A stretch of DNA of 64,000 bases. Origin: an uncultured Gemmatimonadales bacterium. Lineage in GTDB: Bacteria; Gemmatimonadota; Gemmatimonadetes; Longimicrobiales; RSA9. Made by a program: the position numbers and the translations under genes. How positions within the stretch are numbered: the first letter of the stretch is position 1; every line of letters begins with the position of its first letter. Under the pieces are notes generated by a model, which had not been told where the DNA came from, did no database searches, and saw only the letters and a program-made list of their open reading frames with translations. The DNA lies in the NCBI GenBank assembly GCA_963798845.1, contig CAWCUS010000001.1, positions 32,001-96,000 on the forward strand. Reading direction: 5' to 3'. Shown one piece after another: positions 32,147 through 41,575 of the stretch.

Positions 32147-32533
32147 ATGGGACGTGCAGTCGGTTCCAGGGTTTGGGCCATCGCAGAGGGGTACATTCCC
32201 GACTGGAGCAACGGCCCCGAGCCGCAGATGACCTCTCACGAAACCGCCTGCCTCCTCAACACGACCGATGAGGACGCGGAGGTCCGCATCACCCTCTACT
32301 TCGCCGATCGGGAGCCCGCGGGGCCGTACATCATACCGCTCCCGGCGAGGCGCACCAGGCACGTCCGGTTCAACGAGCTCGAAGACCCGGAGCCGGTGCC
32401 CCGGGCCACGGACTACGCCAGCGTGATCGAGGCGAGCGTGCCGATCGTCGTGCAGCACTCGCGACTCGACTCGCGCCAGGCGGAGAACGCCCTGCTCAGC
32501 ACCATCGCATACGCCGATCACACGAACCCATAG
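32147..32533 (+). CDS. Anabaena sensory rhodopsin transducer (ASRT) family protein
   Basis: W.IAEGYIP, SHET.C.LN, YF.DREP.GPY, RT.H.RFN.L.DPEP.P, P.VVQHSRLDSRQ. Confidence 0.85.
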   Translation: MGRAVGSRVWAIAEGYIPDWSNGPEPQMTSHETACLLNTTDEDAEVRITLYFADREPAGPYIIPLPARRTRHVRFNELEDPEPVPRATDYASVIEASVPIVVQHSRLDSRQAENALLSTIAYADHTNP

Positions 32534-32538
32534 CGCCA

Positions 32539-34359
32539 ATGAGCCAGACCGTCGCCGACTTCATGCTCGAACGTCTTCACGAATGGGGCATCAGCCGCAT
32601 TTACGGCTTCCCCGGAGATGGCATCAACGGGATCATGGGCGCCCTCGAGCGCGCCGAGGGGACGGACCACGAGATGAAGTTCGTCCAGGCGCGCCACGAG
32701 GAGCTCGCCGCATTCATGGCCTGCGCCCACTCCAAGTTCTCCGGTGAGGTGGGCGTCTGCCTGGCCACGTCCGGCCCGGGCGCCATTCACCTCCTGAACG
32801 GCCTCTACGACGCCAACATGGACCATCAGTCCGTCGTGGCGATCGTGGGGCAGCAGGACAGCAAGGCGCTCGGCGGCGACTACCAGCAGGAGGTCGACCT
32901 CGGCGTTCTGTTCAAGGACGTGGCCCACCACTACGTCCACCGCTGCGGCAACCCCGCGCAGATGCGACACCTGGTCGACCGGGCCGTCCGCATCGCCAGG
33001 GCGGAGCGCACCGTCACCACCATCATCGTCCCCAACGACGTTCAGGAAATGGCCGCGGTCCCCGAGCCGCCTCGACAGCACGGCACCGTCCATTCCGGCG
33101 TCGGCTACCGGTTCCCGCGCGTGGTCCCCGAGAGCGAGGACCTCCAGGAGGCGGCCGACATCCTGAACGAGGCGGAGAAGGTGGCCATCCTGGTGGGTGC
33201 CGGCGCTCTCGGCGCCACCAGCGAGGTCATGCAGCTCGCCGACGTGCTCGGCGCCGGCGTCGCCAAGGCGCTTCTCGGCAAGGCGGTCATCGACGACGCT
33301 CTTCCCTACTGCACCGGCTCGATCGGGCTCCTGGGCACCCGCCCCAGCTGGAACCTCATGAGTGACTGCGACGCCCTCCTGATGATCGGTTCCAGCTTCC
33401 CCTATTCCGAGTTCCTCCCGGAAGAAGGCCAGGCCAAGGGGATCCAGATCGACATCGAGCCCCGCATGCTCGGTCTTCGCTACCCCATGGACGTCAACCT
33501 CCATGGCGACGCCAAGCCCACCCTCCAGGAGCTCATCCCGCTCCTCGTGGAGAAGGAAGACCGCAGCTGGCGGAAGAAGATCGAGGACGACATCGTCGAC
33601 TGGTGGCAGGTCCTCGAGGAGCGCGCCCACCGCGACGCCGATCCCATCAACCCGCAGCGGGTATTCTGGGAGCTGTCCCCGAAGCTCCCCCGCGACGTCA
33701 TCCTGGCCTCCGACTCCGGCTCCGCGGCCAACTGGTGGGCCCGCGATCTCAAGGTGAAGCCCTCCATGAAGGCGTCGCTGTCCGGAAACCTGGCCACCAT
33801 GGGTCCCGGCGTGCCGTACGTGATCGCGGCCAAGTTCGCCTGGCCCGGCCGTCCCGCCATCGCCCTCGTCGGCGACGGCGCCATGCAGATGAACGGCATC
33901 AACGGCCTGATCACCATCGCCAAGTACTGGGAAACCTGGGACGACCCGCGCCTCATCATCGGCGTCCTCAACAATCAGGACCTCAACCAGGTCACCTGGG
34001 AGCAGCGCGTCCTGGCTGGCGACGCCGAGTACCCCATCACCCAGGATCTCCCCGACTTCCACTTCGCCGAGTACGCGCACCAGCTCGGCCTCGGCGGCAC
34101 CCGCGTCGAGACCCCCACCCGGATCGCCGACGCGTGGGACGAGGCGCTCAGCGCGGACCGGCCCTATGTCGTAGAATTCGTGACGGACCCGGACGTGCCG
34201 CCGCTGCCGCCTCACATCACCCTTCAGCAGGCGCGGCACTTCTGGAAGTCGATGCTCAAGGGGGACCCGCACAGGGCGGGCGTGCTCAAGCAAACGGCGA
34301 AGGACATGTTCTCCTCCGTAGCCGGTCGTGTGCCGGGGGTGGGATCGAGCGACGAGTGA
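32539..34359 (+). CDS. Thiamine diphosphate-dependent enzyme (pyruvate oxidase/POX-like)
   Basis: GFPGDGIN, RHEE, TSGPGAIHLLNGLYDA, GDGAMQM...NN ThDP motif. Confidence 0.9.
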   Translation: MSQTVADFMLERLHEWGISRIYGFPGDGINGIMGALERAEGTDHEMKFVQARHEELAAFMACAHSKFSGEVGVCLATSGPGAIHLLNGLYDANMDHQSVVAIVGQQDSKALGGDYQQEVDLGVLFKDVAHHYVHRCGNPAQMRHLVDRAVRIARAERTVTTIIVPNDVQEMAAVPEPPRQHGTVHSGVGYRFPRVVPESEDLQEAADILNEAEKVAILVGAGALGATSEVMQLADVLGAGVAKALLGKAVIDDALPYCTGSIGLLGTRPSWNLMSDCDALLMIGSSFPYSEFLPEEGQAKGIQIDIEPRMLGLRYPMDVNLHGDAKPTLQELIPLLVEKEDRSWRKKIEDDIVDWWQVLEERAHRDADPINPQRVFWELSPKLPRDVILASDSGSAANWWARDLKVKPSMKASLSGNLATMGPGVPYVIAAKFAWPGRPAIALVGDGAMQMNGINGLITIAKYWETWDDPRLIIGVLNNQDLNQVTWEQRVLAGDAEYPITQDLPDFHFAEYAHQLGLGGTRVETPTRIADAWDEALSADRPYVVEFVTDPDVPPLPPHITLQQARHFWKSMLKGDPHRAGVLKQTAKDMFSSVAGRVPGVGSSDE

Positions 34360-35465
34360 CCCGCTTGGCCGGAGGCGTGCCCGTACAGAGCGTGGAGGTG
34401 GGGGCGTACACGGTCCCCACCGACACGCAGCCGGAGTCCGACGGCACGCTCGTGTGGGATTCGACCACGATCGTCGTGGTCCACGTCCACGGGGGCGACC
34501 GGACGGGGGTGGGGTACGCCTACAATCACGCGGCGACGGCCGAAGTGATCAGGGACACGCTCGCGGGCGTTGTCGAGGGCATGGACGCCCTCGACGTGGA
34601 GCGCTGCTGGGACGCCATGCGCGCGGCCGTCCGCAACATGGGCAGCCGGGGCATCGCCTCCTCGGCGTACTCTGCCGTGGACATGGCGCTCTGGGATCTC
34701 AAGGCGAGGCTCATGGATGTCTCGCTGGTGGCGCTCCTCGGCGCCCGCCGCGACGCCGCCCCCATCTACGGGAGCGGCGGCTTTACTTCCTACGGCATCG
34801 ACCGGCTGCGCGAGCAGCTCGGGGGCTGGGTGCACGAACAGAAGATCCCGCGGGTGAAGATGAAGATCGGCCGCGACCCCGCGTCGGATCCCGCCCGCGT
34901 CGCTGAGGCGCGCGACGCGATCGGCCCCGACGCCGAGCTGTTCGTGGACGCCAACGGCGCCTACGACCGCCGCCAGGCCGTCGACCTCGCCGGCCGCTTC
35001 GCCGGGGAGGGCGTGAGCTGGTTCGAGGAGCCGGTGAGCTCCGACGACCGCAACGGCCTCCGCTTCGTGCGCGAGCACACCCCGCCCGCCGTGCGCGTCA
35101 CCGCGGGAGAGTACGGCTGGAGCGAGTTCCACTTCCGGGACATGCTGCGCGCCCGGGCGACGGACGTGCTCCAGCCCAATGCCACCCGATGCGGCGGATA
35201 CACCGGTTTTCTGCGGGTGGCGGAGCTGTGCGCGGCATGGCACACGCCGATCTCCGCGCACACCGCTCCGCAGATCCACGCCCACGTGGCGTGCGCCGCG
35301 CCGGGCCTGCTGCACCTCGAGTACTTCCACGACCATGACCGGATCGAGCGCCTCTTCTTCGATGGCGTGCTGGAGCCGGAGGGCGGCGCCCTGCGCCCTG
35401 ACCGGTCGCGGGCCGGGAACGGGCTCGAATTCAAACCAGACGACGCGGAGCGATTCCGCGCGTGA
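34356..35465 (+). CDS. Enolase-superfamily (mandelate racemase subgroup) enzyme
   Basis: D.ALWDL, KMK, DANG, EEP, GEY, SAH, LEYFHDH; GTG start overlaps the upstream TGA. Confidence 0.88.
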   Translation: MTRLAGGVPVQSVEVGAYTVPTDTQPESDGTLVWDSTTIVVVHVHGGDRTGVGYAYNHAATAEVIRDTLAGVVEGMDALDVERCWDAMRAAVRNMGSRGIASSAYSAVDMALWDLKARLMDVSLVALLGARRDAAPIYGSGGFTSYGIDRLREQLGGWVHEQKIPRVKMKIGRDPASDPARVAEARDAIGPDAELFVDANGAYDRRQAVDLAGRFAGEGVSWFEEPVSSDDRNGLRFVREHTPPAVRVTAGEYGWSEFHFRDMLRARATDVLQPNATRCGGYTGFLRVAELCAAWHTPISAHTAPQIHAHVACAAPGLLHLEYFHDHDRIERLFFDGVLEPEGGALRPDRSRAGNGLEFKPDDAERFRA

Positions 35466-35488
35466 GGACCGCATAGAGGGGAACGACC

Positions 35489-38400
35489 ATGGCGACACTG
35501 ATCCGAGCCGGGCAGCGCGAGCGCCCGAGCCATTCCGGCGGCGCGGCGGCCATCGAGGCCACGGACCTCGAGCGCGCGCTCCGCGAGGCGATCGAGGGCG
35601 AGGTCCGCTTCGACGCCCAGGCGCGCGCCATGTACCAGACCGACGCGTCCAGCTACCGCCAGATCCCGATCGGCGTGGTCCTGCCCCGCGATGTCGCCGA
35701 CGTGAGGCACGCGGTCCGCCTGGCGCGCGAGCACGGCGCCCCAATCCTCGGCCGTGGCGGGGGCACGAGCCTGGCCGGTCAGTGCTGCAACGCCGCCGTG
35801 GTGCTCGACTTCTCGAAGTACATGAACCAGGTCCTGGAAGTGAACGTCCAGGAGAAGTGGGCCCGCGTCCAGCCGGGGACTGTCCTCGATGACCTCCGTG
35901 ACGCCCTCGCCGGCACCGGCCTCACGTACGGTCCGGATCCCGCCACCCACGACCGGTGCACGCTCGGCGGTATGATCGGCAACAACTCGTGCGGCATCCA
36001 CTCGGTCCAGGCGCAGCACTATGGCCCCGGCCCGCGCACCGAGGATCAGGTCCTGGAGCTGACCCTCCTCACGTACGACGGTGAAGTCCTCACGGTCGGA
36101 CCGACCGGTGACGACGAGCTGGAGCGGATCATCGCCGCCGGCGGCCGGCGGGGAGAGATCTACCGCCGCCTGCGCGATCTGCGCGACCGCCACGCCGACG
36201 AGATCCGCGCCCGCTACCCCGACATCCCCCGGCGCGTCTCCGGCTACAACCTCCCCTCCCTCCTGCCGGAGAACGGCTTCGATGTGGCCAAGGCGGTCGT
36301 CGGGTCGGAGAGCACGTGCGTCCTGGTGCTGGAGGCGAAGGTCCGGCTCATCCACAACCCCCCGAAGCGCGCGCTCCTGATCATCGGCTACAACGACATC
36401 TACCACGCGGCGGACCACGTGATGGAGATCCAGAAGTACAAGCCGCTGGGACTCGAGGGGATCGATGACGACCTCACCCAGTACATGAAGCTGAAGAAGC
36501 TGCACACCAGTCAGCTCAAGTACATGCCCGAGGGGCACGGCTGGCTGTTCGTCGAGTTCGGCGGAGACACCACGGAGGAAGCGGAGTCCCGCGCCCGGGC
36601 GGCAATGGAGGAGCTCCGGGGCACCAGCGAGCACCTGCGGGACATGAAGCTCTACACGGACGAGGAGATCCAGCACGAGGTCTGGCAGGTCCGTGAGTCC
36701 GGCCTGGGCGCGACCGCCTTCGTCCCCGGGATGCCCAGCGCGTGGGAGGGGTGGGAGGACTCCGCCGTGCCGCCCGAGCACGTGGGCGACTACCTCCGGG
36801 ACTTCCGCAAGCTGATGCAGAAGTACGGCTACACCGCCGCCCTTTACGGCCATTTCGGGCAGGGGTGTGTCCACTGCCGCATCACGTTCGACTACGAGAC
36901 GCGCAAGGGCCTCGACCAGTACCTCGCCTTCATCGACGAGGCCGCCGACCTCGTCCTCAGCTACGGCGGCTCGCTTTCCGGCGAGCACGGCGACGGCCAG
37001 AGCCGCGGCGCGCTCCTGCCCAAGATGTTCGGCGAGGAGCTCATGGATGCGTTCCGGGAGTTCAAGCGGATCTGGGACCCGGACTGGATGATGAACCCGG
37101 GCAAGGTGGTGGATGCCTATCCGCCGGATTCCAACCAGTTCCTGGGCGTGGACTACAACCCCGGGAACGTGAAGACCCACTTCGCCTTCCCACACGACAA
37201 GTTCACTTTCCAGAATGCCGCCATCCGGTGCGTGGGCGTAGGCAAGTGCCGGCGGACGGACGGCGGAACCATGTGCCCGTCGTACATGGTCACACGCAAC
37301 GAGAAGGACTCGACTCGCGGCCGGGCGCGCCTCCTGTACGAGATGCTCCGGGGAGACGTCATCCATGACGGCTGGAAGAGCGAGGAGGTGAAAGACGCCC
37401 TCGACCTCTGCCTCTCCTGCAAGGGGTGCAAGGGCGACTGCCCGGTGAACGTGGACATGGCCACGTACAAGGCGGAGTTCCTGTCGCACTACTACGAGGG
37501 CCGCCTCCGTCCTCGCTACGCCTACTCCATGGGGCTCATCGACTGGTGGGCCCGCGCCGCCCAGGTCTCACCGGCGCTGGTCAACTGGGTCATGAGCGCC
37601 CCGGGGCTATCGACGATCGTGAAGAAGATCGGCGGCATCGCGACACAGCGCGAAATGCCGCCATTCGCGCAGCAGACCTTCCGCGAGTGGATCGATGTCC
37701 GCGGCCCTTCCACTGTGGACGGCCCCCGCGTACTCGTGTGGCCGGACACGTTCAACAACTATTTCCACCCCGAGATCGGCCGCGCCACCGTGGAGGTGCT
37801 GGAGGGGGCGGGCTTCCACCCGGTGCTTCCGGACACCCGGATCGCCTCCGGCCGTCCCCTCTACGACTACGGCATGCTCCGGCTCGCCAGGCGCCAGCTG
37901 CGCCGGATCATGGACGAGCTGCGCGGCGAGATCCGGGACGGCACCCCGCTGGTCGGAATGGAGCCGAGCGTGGTCTCCGTCTTCCGCGACGAGCTCGTGA
38001 ATCTCTTCCCCCACGACAAGGATGCGGAGCGACTGGCCAAGCAGACGTACATGCTCACCGAGTTCCTGGATCGCTACGGCACGGCCTCGGACCTCGGAAG
38101 CCTCGAGGGCGAGCACGCCATCGTCCACGGCCATTGCCACCACAAGGCGGTTCTCGACTTCGACAGCGAGAAGCACATCCTCGATCGGCTCGGCATCGAG
38201 TACGAGGTGCTGGATTCGGGGTGCTGCGGGATGGCGGGCTCGTTCGGGTTCGAGGAGGGGCACTTCGACGTGTCGCAGGCCGCGGCGGAGCGTGTCCTGC
38301 TCCCCGCTGTCCGCGACGCCGACCCTCGCACGCTCGTCATCACCGACGGCTTCTCCTGCCGCGAGATGCTCGAGCAGAACCGGCTGCGCCGCCCGTTGCA

Positions 38401-38584
38401 CACGGCCGAGGTGATCCACATGGCCATGGAGCGCGCCGGACGCCTGCCCTCCCCCGCCAGGCGCGCCCGCGCGCTCCGGGCCGGCAATGGCCAGGGCGTG
38501 CGCACCGGAATGCTCGTGGCGGCCGGCGTCGGCGCCGGGTTCCTGGCGTACAGGCTCGGCCGGGCCATGACCCGAAGCAGCTGA
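35489..38584 (+). CDS. FAD-binding / Fe-S (CCG) oxidoreductase, D-2-hydroxyacid dehydrogenase-like
   Basis: RGGGTSLAGQ, GGMIGNNSCG, GHFG.GC.H, GEHGDG, CLSCKGCKGDCP, CCGMAGSFG; C-terminal hydrophobic tail. Confidence 0.9.
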   Translation: MATLIRAGQRERPSHSGGAAAIEATDLERALREAIEGEVRFDAQARAMYQTDASSYRQIPIGVVLPRDVADVRHAVRLAREHGAPILGRGGGTSLAGQCCNAAVVLDFSKYMNQVLEVNVQEKWARVQPGTVLDDLRDALAGTGLTYGPDPATHDRCTLGGMIGNNSCGIHSVQAQHYGPGPRTEDQVLELTLLTYDGEVLTVGPTGDDELERIIAAGGRRGEIYRRLRDLRDRHADEIRARYPDIPRRVSGYNLPSLLPENGFDVAKAVVGSESTCVLVLEAKVRLIHNPPKRALLIIGYNDIYHAADHVMEIQKYKPLGLEGIDDDLTQYMKLKKLHTSQLKYMPEGHGWLFVEFGGDTTEEAESRARAAMEELRGTSEHLRDMKLYTDEEIQHEVWQVRESGLGATAFVPGMPSAWEGWEDSAVPPEHVGDYLRDFRKLMQKYGYTAALYGHFGQGCVHCRITFDYETRKGLDQYLAFIDEAADLVLSYGGSLSGEHGDGQSRGALLPKMFGEELMDAFREFKRIWDPDWMMNPGKVVDAYPPDSNQFLGVDYNPGNVKTHFAFPHDKFTFQNAAIRCVGVGKCRRTDGGTMCPSYMVTRNEKDSTRGRARLLYEMLRGDVIHDGWKSEEVKDALDLCLSCKGCKGDCPVNVDMATYKAEFLSHYYEGRLRPRYAYSMGLIDWWARAAQVSPALVNWVMSAPGLSTIVKKIGGIATQREMPPFAQQTFREWIDVRGPSTVDGPRVLVWPDTFNNYFHPEIGRATVEVLEGAGFHPVLPDTRIASGRPLYDYGMLRLARRQLRRIMDELRGEIRDGTPLVGMEPSVVSVFRDELVNLFPHDKDAERLAKQTYMLTEFLDRYGTASDLGSLEGEHAIVHGHCHHKAVLDFDSEKHILDRLGIEYEVLDSGCCGMAGSFGFEEGHFDVSQAAAERVLLPAVRDADPRTLVITDGFSCREMLEQNRLRRPLHTAEVIHMAMERAGRLPSPARRARALRAGNGQGVRTGMLVAAGVGAGFLAYRLGRAMTRSS

Positions 38585-38588
38585 GGGC

Positions 38589-40481
38589 GTGGCCGACGCG
38601 TCCTCTCCCCAGCCGGGGACCGGACAGCCGTCCATCGATGACTACGGCGTCATCGGGGACTGCCGCACCCTCGCCCTCGTGTCGCGCGCGGGCTCGGTGG
38701 ACTGGCTCTGCATCCCCCGATTCGAGGGACCATCCCTGTTCGCGGCGCTCCTGGACACGGACAAGGGCGGGTCGTTCAGCATCCGACCCACGGCCGACTT
38801 CACCACGGAGCGACGCTACCGTCCGGGCACCAACGTCCTCGAGACCACCTTCCACACCCGCGGCGGCGTGCTCCGCCTCACGGACGCCATGACGCTTCCC
38901 CGCTGGGATGCTCGCCCGGGTGAGCTCTTCCCCGACCACGAGATCCTGCGACGCGCCGAGTGTCTCGACGGCGAGGTCGAGGTGGAGCTCATCTGCGATC
39001 CGCGCTTTCGTTACGGGCGCGACATCCCCACGGGGAAGGAGCTCGGCAACGTGGGCATCCACTTCGACGGGGACGCCCACACGGTGATGCTCCGCTCCGA
39101 CATCCCCCTCCACCGCCGCGACGGCAAGCCCGGCTGGACCGGGCGCGAAGCCCTGTCCGCCGGCGAGCGTTGCTACGCCTCGCTCACGTCCGAGTTCGCG
39201 CGCCCCGCCATCGCCCTCCGCCTCGGCGACGCCGCCGATCGCCGCCTGGACAGCACCGCCGATTGGTGGCAGACCTGGCTCTCCCAGTGCTCCTACGACG
39301 GTGAGTACCGTGAGCAGGTGCTGCGCAGCATGCTCACGCTGAAGCTGCTCGTCTTCCCGCCCTCCGGCGCCATCGTCGCGGCCGGCACCACGTCCCTCCC
39401 GGAAGTCGCGGGCGGCGTTCGGAACTGGGACTACCGCTTCTGCTGGCTCCGCGACGCCTCCATGACGACGGAGGTCCTGCTCCACAGCGGCTTCACGGCG
39501 GAAGGAGAGGCGTTCCTCGGCTGGCTGCTCCATGCCACGCGCCTGACCCGCCCCAAGCTCCAGGTCCTTTACGACGTCTACGGACGCACCAAGCACCCCG
39601 AACGAAACCTCTCGCACCTGGCCGGCTACCACGGATCCCGCCCCGTTCGCGTGGGGAACGGTGCCGCCGGGCAACTCCAGATGGACGTGTACGGCGAGGT
39701 GATCAGGGCGGCGTGGACGTTCGTCGAGCAGGGCGGCGCCCTGGACGGGGCGGAAGCCAGCATGCTGGGCGACCTCGGGGAGACGCTGATGAAGTGGTGG
39801 AGGCGTCCCGGGAACGGGATCTGGGAGCTGCGCGGCGACCGCCACCACTTCACGCAGTCGCTCGCCATGTGCTGGGTCGGGCTCGATTGCCTGACCCGCC
39901 TCCACGACCAGGGGGCCGTGAAGCTGAAGCGCCCGCGCGGCGAGGTGGAAGAACAGAAGGATGCGATCCGGAAAGCCATCGAGTCCGAGGGCTGGAGCGA
40001 CGAGCTGGACAGCTACGTCGCCTGGTTCGGCAGCGATCACATCGACGCTTCGCTGCTGCTCCTGGGCATCATGGGGTACGAGGACCCGGGCAGCGACCGC
40101 ATACGCAGCACCCTGGAGCGCGTGGACCAGCGCCTGGGCGTCCGCGGACTCCTCTACCGCTACCGTTACGACGACAACCTGCCCGGTCAGGAGGGCGCGT
40201 TCGGCATCTGCGGCTTCTGGAAGGCGGAGCTGCTGGCGCAGCAGCGCAGAGTCGACGAGGCCATACGGGCGTTCGATCACGCCGCCTCCTTCGCCAACGA
40301 CCTCGGGCTGTTCTCCGAAGAGATCGACCCGGAGACCGGAGCGCTCCTCGGCAACTTCCCCCAGGCGTTCACCCACATCGGCCTCGTGAGCGCCGCCAAC
40401 GAGATCGCCCGCGCACGGGGCAAGCCGCCGGAGAAGGCGGCGAAAAAGCCAGACACCACTCGAGCCCAGACGGAATCATGA
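38589..40481 (+). CDS. Glycoside hydrolase family 15 (trehalase/glucoamylase-like)
   Basis: IGDCRT.ALV, TTSLPE..GG.RNWDYRFCWLRD, GIWE.RG, L.SEE, GNFPQAFTH. Confidence 0.92.
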   Translation: MADASSPQPGTGQPSIDDYGVIGDCRTLALVSRAGSVDWLCIPRFEGPSLFAALLDTDKGGSFSIRPTADFTTERRYRPGTNVLETTFHTRGGVLRLTDAMTLPRWDARPGELFPDHEILRRAECLDGEVEVELICDPRFRYGRDIPTGKELGNVGIHFDGDAHTVMLRSDIPLHRRDGKPGWTGREALSAGERCYASLTSEFARPAIALRLGDAADRRLDSTADWWQTWLSQCSYDGEYREQVLRSMLTLKLLVFPPSGAIVAAGTTSLPEVAGGVRNWDYRFCWLRDASMTTEVLLHSGFTAEGEAFLGWLLHATRLTRPKLQVLYDVYGRTKHPERNLSHLAGYHGSRPVRVGNGAAGQLQMDVYGEVIRAAWTFVEQGGALDGAEASMLGDLGETLMKWWRRPGNGIWELRGDRHHFTQSLAMCWVGLDCLTRLHDQGAVKLKRPRGEVEEQKDAIRKAIESEGWSDELDSYVAWFGSDHIDASLLLLGIMGYEDPGSDRIRSTLERVDQRLGVRGLLYRYRYDDNLPGQEGAFGICGFWKAELLAQQRRVDEAIRAFDHAASFANDLGLFSEEIDPETGALLGNFPQAFTHIGLVSAANEIARARGKPPEKAAKKPDTTRAQTES

Positions 40482-40951
40482 ACGTGATCGACACGCTCAT
40501 CTGGGGCGGTGTCGCCACCGTCGTCATGACGACGGTCCTGGAAGGCGCCATGTACCTGGGATGGACCCGCATGAGCCTCCCCTTCATACTCGGCACCTTC
40601 TTCACCGGCGACCGGCGCAAGGCGCCCATCATCGGCGCCGTCATCCACATCGCGAACGGCTACATCTTCGCCTTTGGCTACGCGTTCGCTTTCCAGAGCC
40701 TGGGCGTCGCGAGCTGGTGGGTGGGCGCCGCCCTCGGGGTGGTTCACAGCTCGGTGGTCCTCGTCCTCATGCCCTTCCTCCCGGGCATCCACCCCCGGAT
40801 GGCCACCGAGCAGGACGGGCCGAGCGCCCGGCGCGCAATCCAGCCACCCGGGTACTTCGCGCTCAACTACGGCCGCCGGACCCCGCTCTTCGGCATCGCT
40901 TCCCACGTGATCTTCGGGCTCATCATGGGCTTCTTCTACCACCTCGCGTGA
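40478..40951 (+). CDS. Conserved-looking 4-TM membrane protein
   Basis: ATGA-coupled to GH15; hydrophobic with spaced His residues and HPRM...PPG...NYG motif. Confidence 0.7.
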   Translation: MNVIDTLIWGGVATVVMTTVLEGAMYLGWTRMSLPFILGTFFTGDRRKAPIIGAVIHIANGYIFAFGYAFAFQSLGVASWWVGAALGVVHSSVVLVLMPFLPGIHPRMATEQDGPSARRAIQPPGYFALNYGRRTPLFGIASHVIFGLIMGFFYHLA

Positions 40952-41026
40952 GCGCAACGGCGGACGCCCATCGCCCCGGCGAAGACCGCGCTCTCGCCGC
41001 CACCGGATCACGTCCAGCCCCATGCC

Positions 41027-41575
41027 TCAGCGCTCCGCCTCCCTCTCCCCCTCGCCTTTCGGCTCCTCCTCCCGGATCACGCTGATCTTGCCGTTCGGCT
41101 CCAGGAACACGGTCCGGATCCCCTCCAGCGACGTCACCCCCGATTCCCGCAGCTTCTCCCAGACATCGTCGTCCGTGAGCAGCGCGCGGTGCGACTCCCG
41201 GTGGTCGATCCGCCCGTCCCGCACGATCGCCCGCGGGCTGGAGCGGATGAGGGGACGCAGGACGGGGAAGCGGAGCGAGAGGAGGTTCACCCCCGTGTGA
41301 CAGGCCACGAGCGTAAGGAAGGTGATGGCCCCGTCGGCCACGCCCGGGTACTGTCCCGTCAGCGCCTCCCGGACCGACGTCGCCAGCAGGAAGATGATCA
41401 GCAGGTCGGCCACCGTGAACCGGCCGACTTCCCGCTTGGGCAGGACGCGGAGGATGACGAAGAGCAGCAGGTAGATGGTCGCCGCACGGACCACCAGCTC
41501 CAGGATCGGGCCGTGCGGCAGGAACACCGTGCCCCAGTCGCTGGGGAGCCAGTGGACCGCGGACACCGACATCAT
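41027..41575 (-). CDS. DUF421/YetF family membrane protein
   Basis: KRE.G, P..IVRDG.I, LRE.G, LEPNGKISVI. Confidence 0.85.
   Translation of the reverse strand: MMSVSAVHWLPSDWGTVFLPHGPILELVVRAATIYLLLFVILRVLPKREVGRFTVADLLIIFLLATSVREALTGQYPGVADGAITFLTLVACHTGVNLLSLRFPVLRPLIRSSPRAIVRDGRIDHRESHRALLTDDDVWEKLRESGVTSLEGIRTVFLEPNGKISVIREEEPKGEGEREAER

Noticed and set aside
32147..32533. Phototransduction system implied by the ASRT name
   Set aside because: No 7-TM rhodopsin or retinal synthesis genes in the window.
34961..37489. 842-aa minus-strand ORF, and similar long ORFs at 15903-18185, 32518-34293, 38340-40376 and 3458-5734
   Set aside because: All lie opposite well-supported genes and show no recognisable domains.
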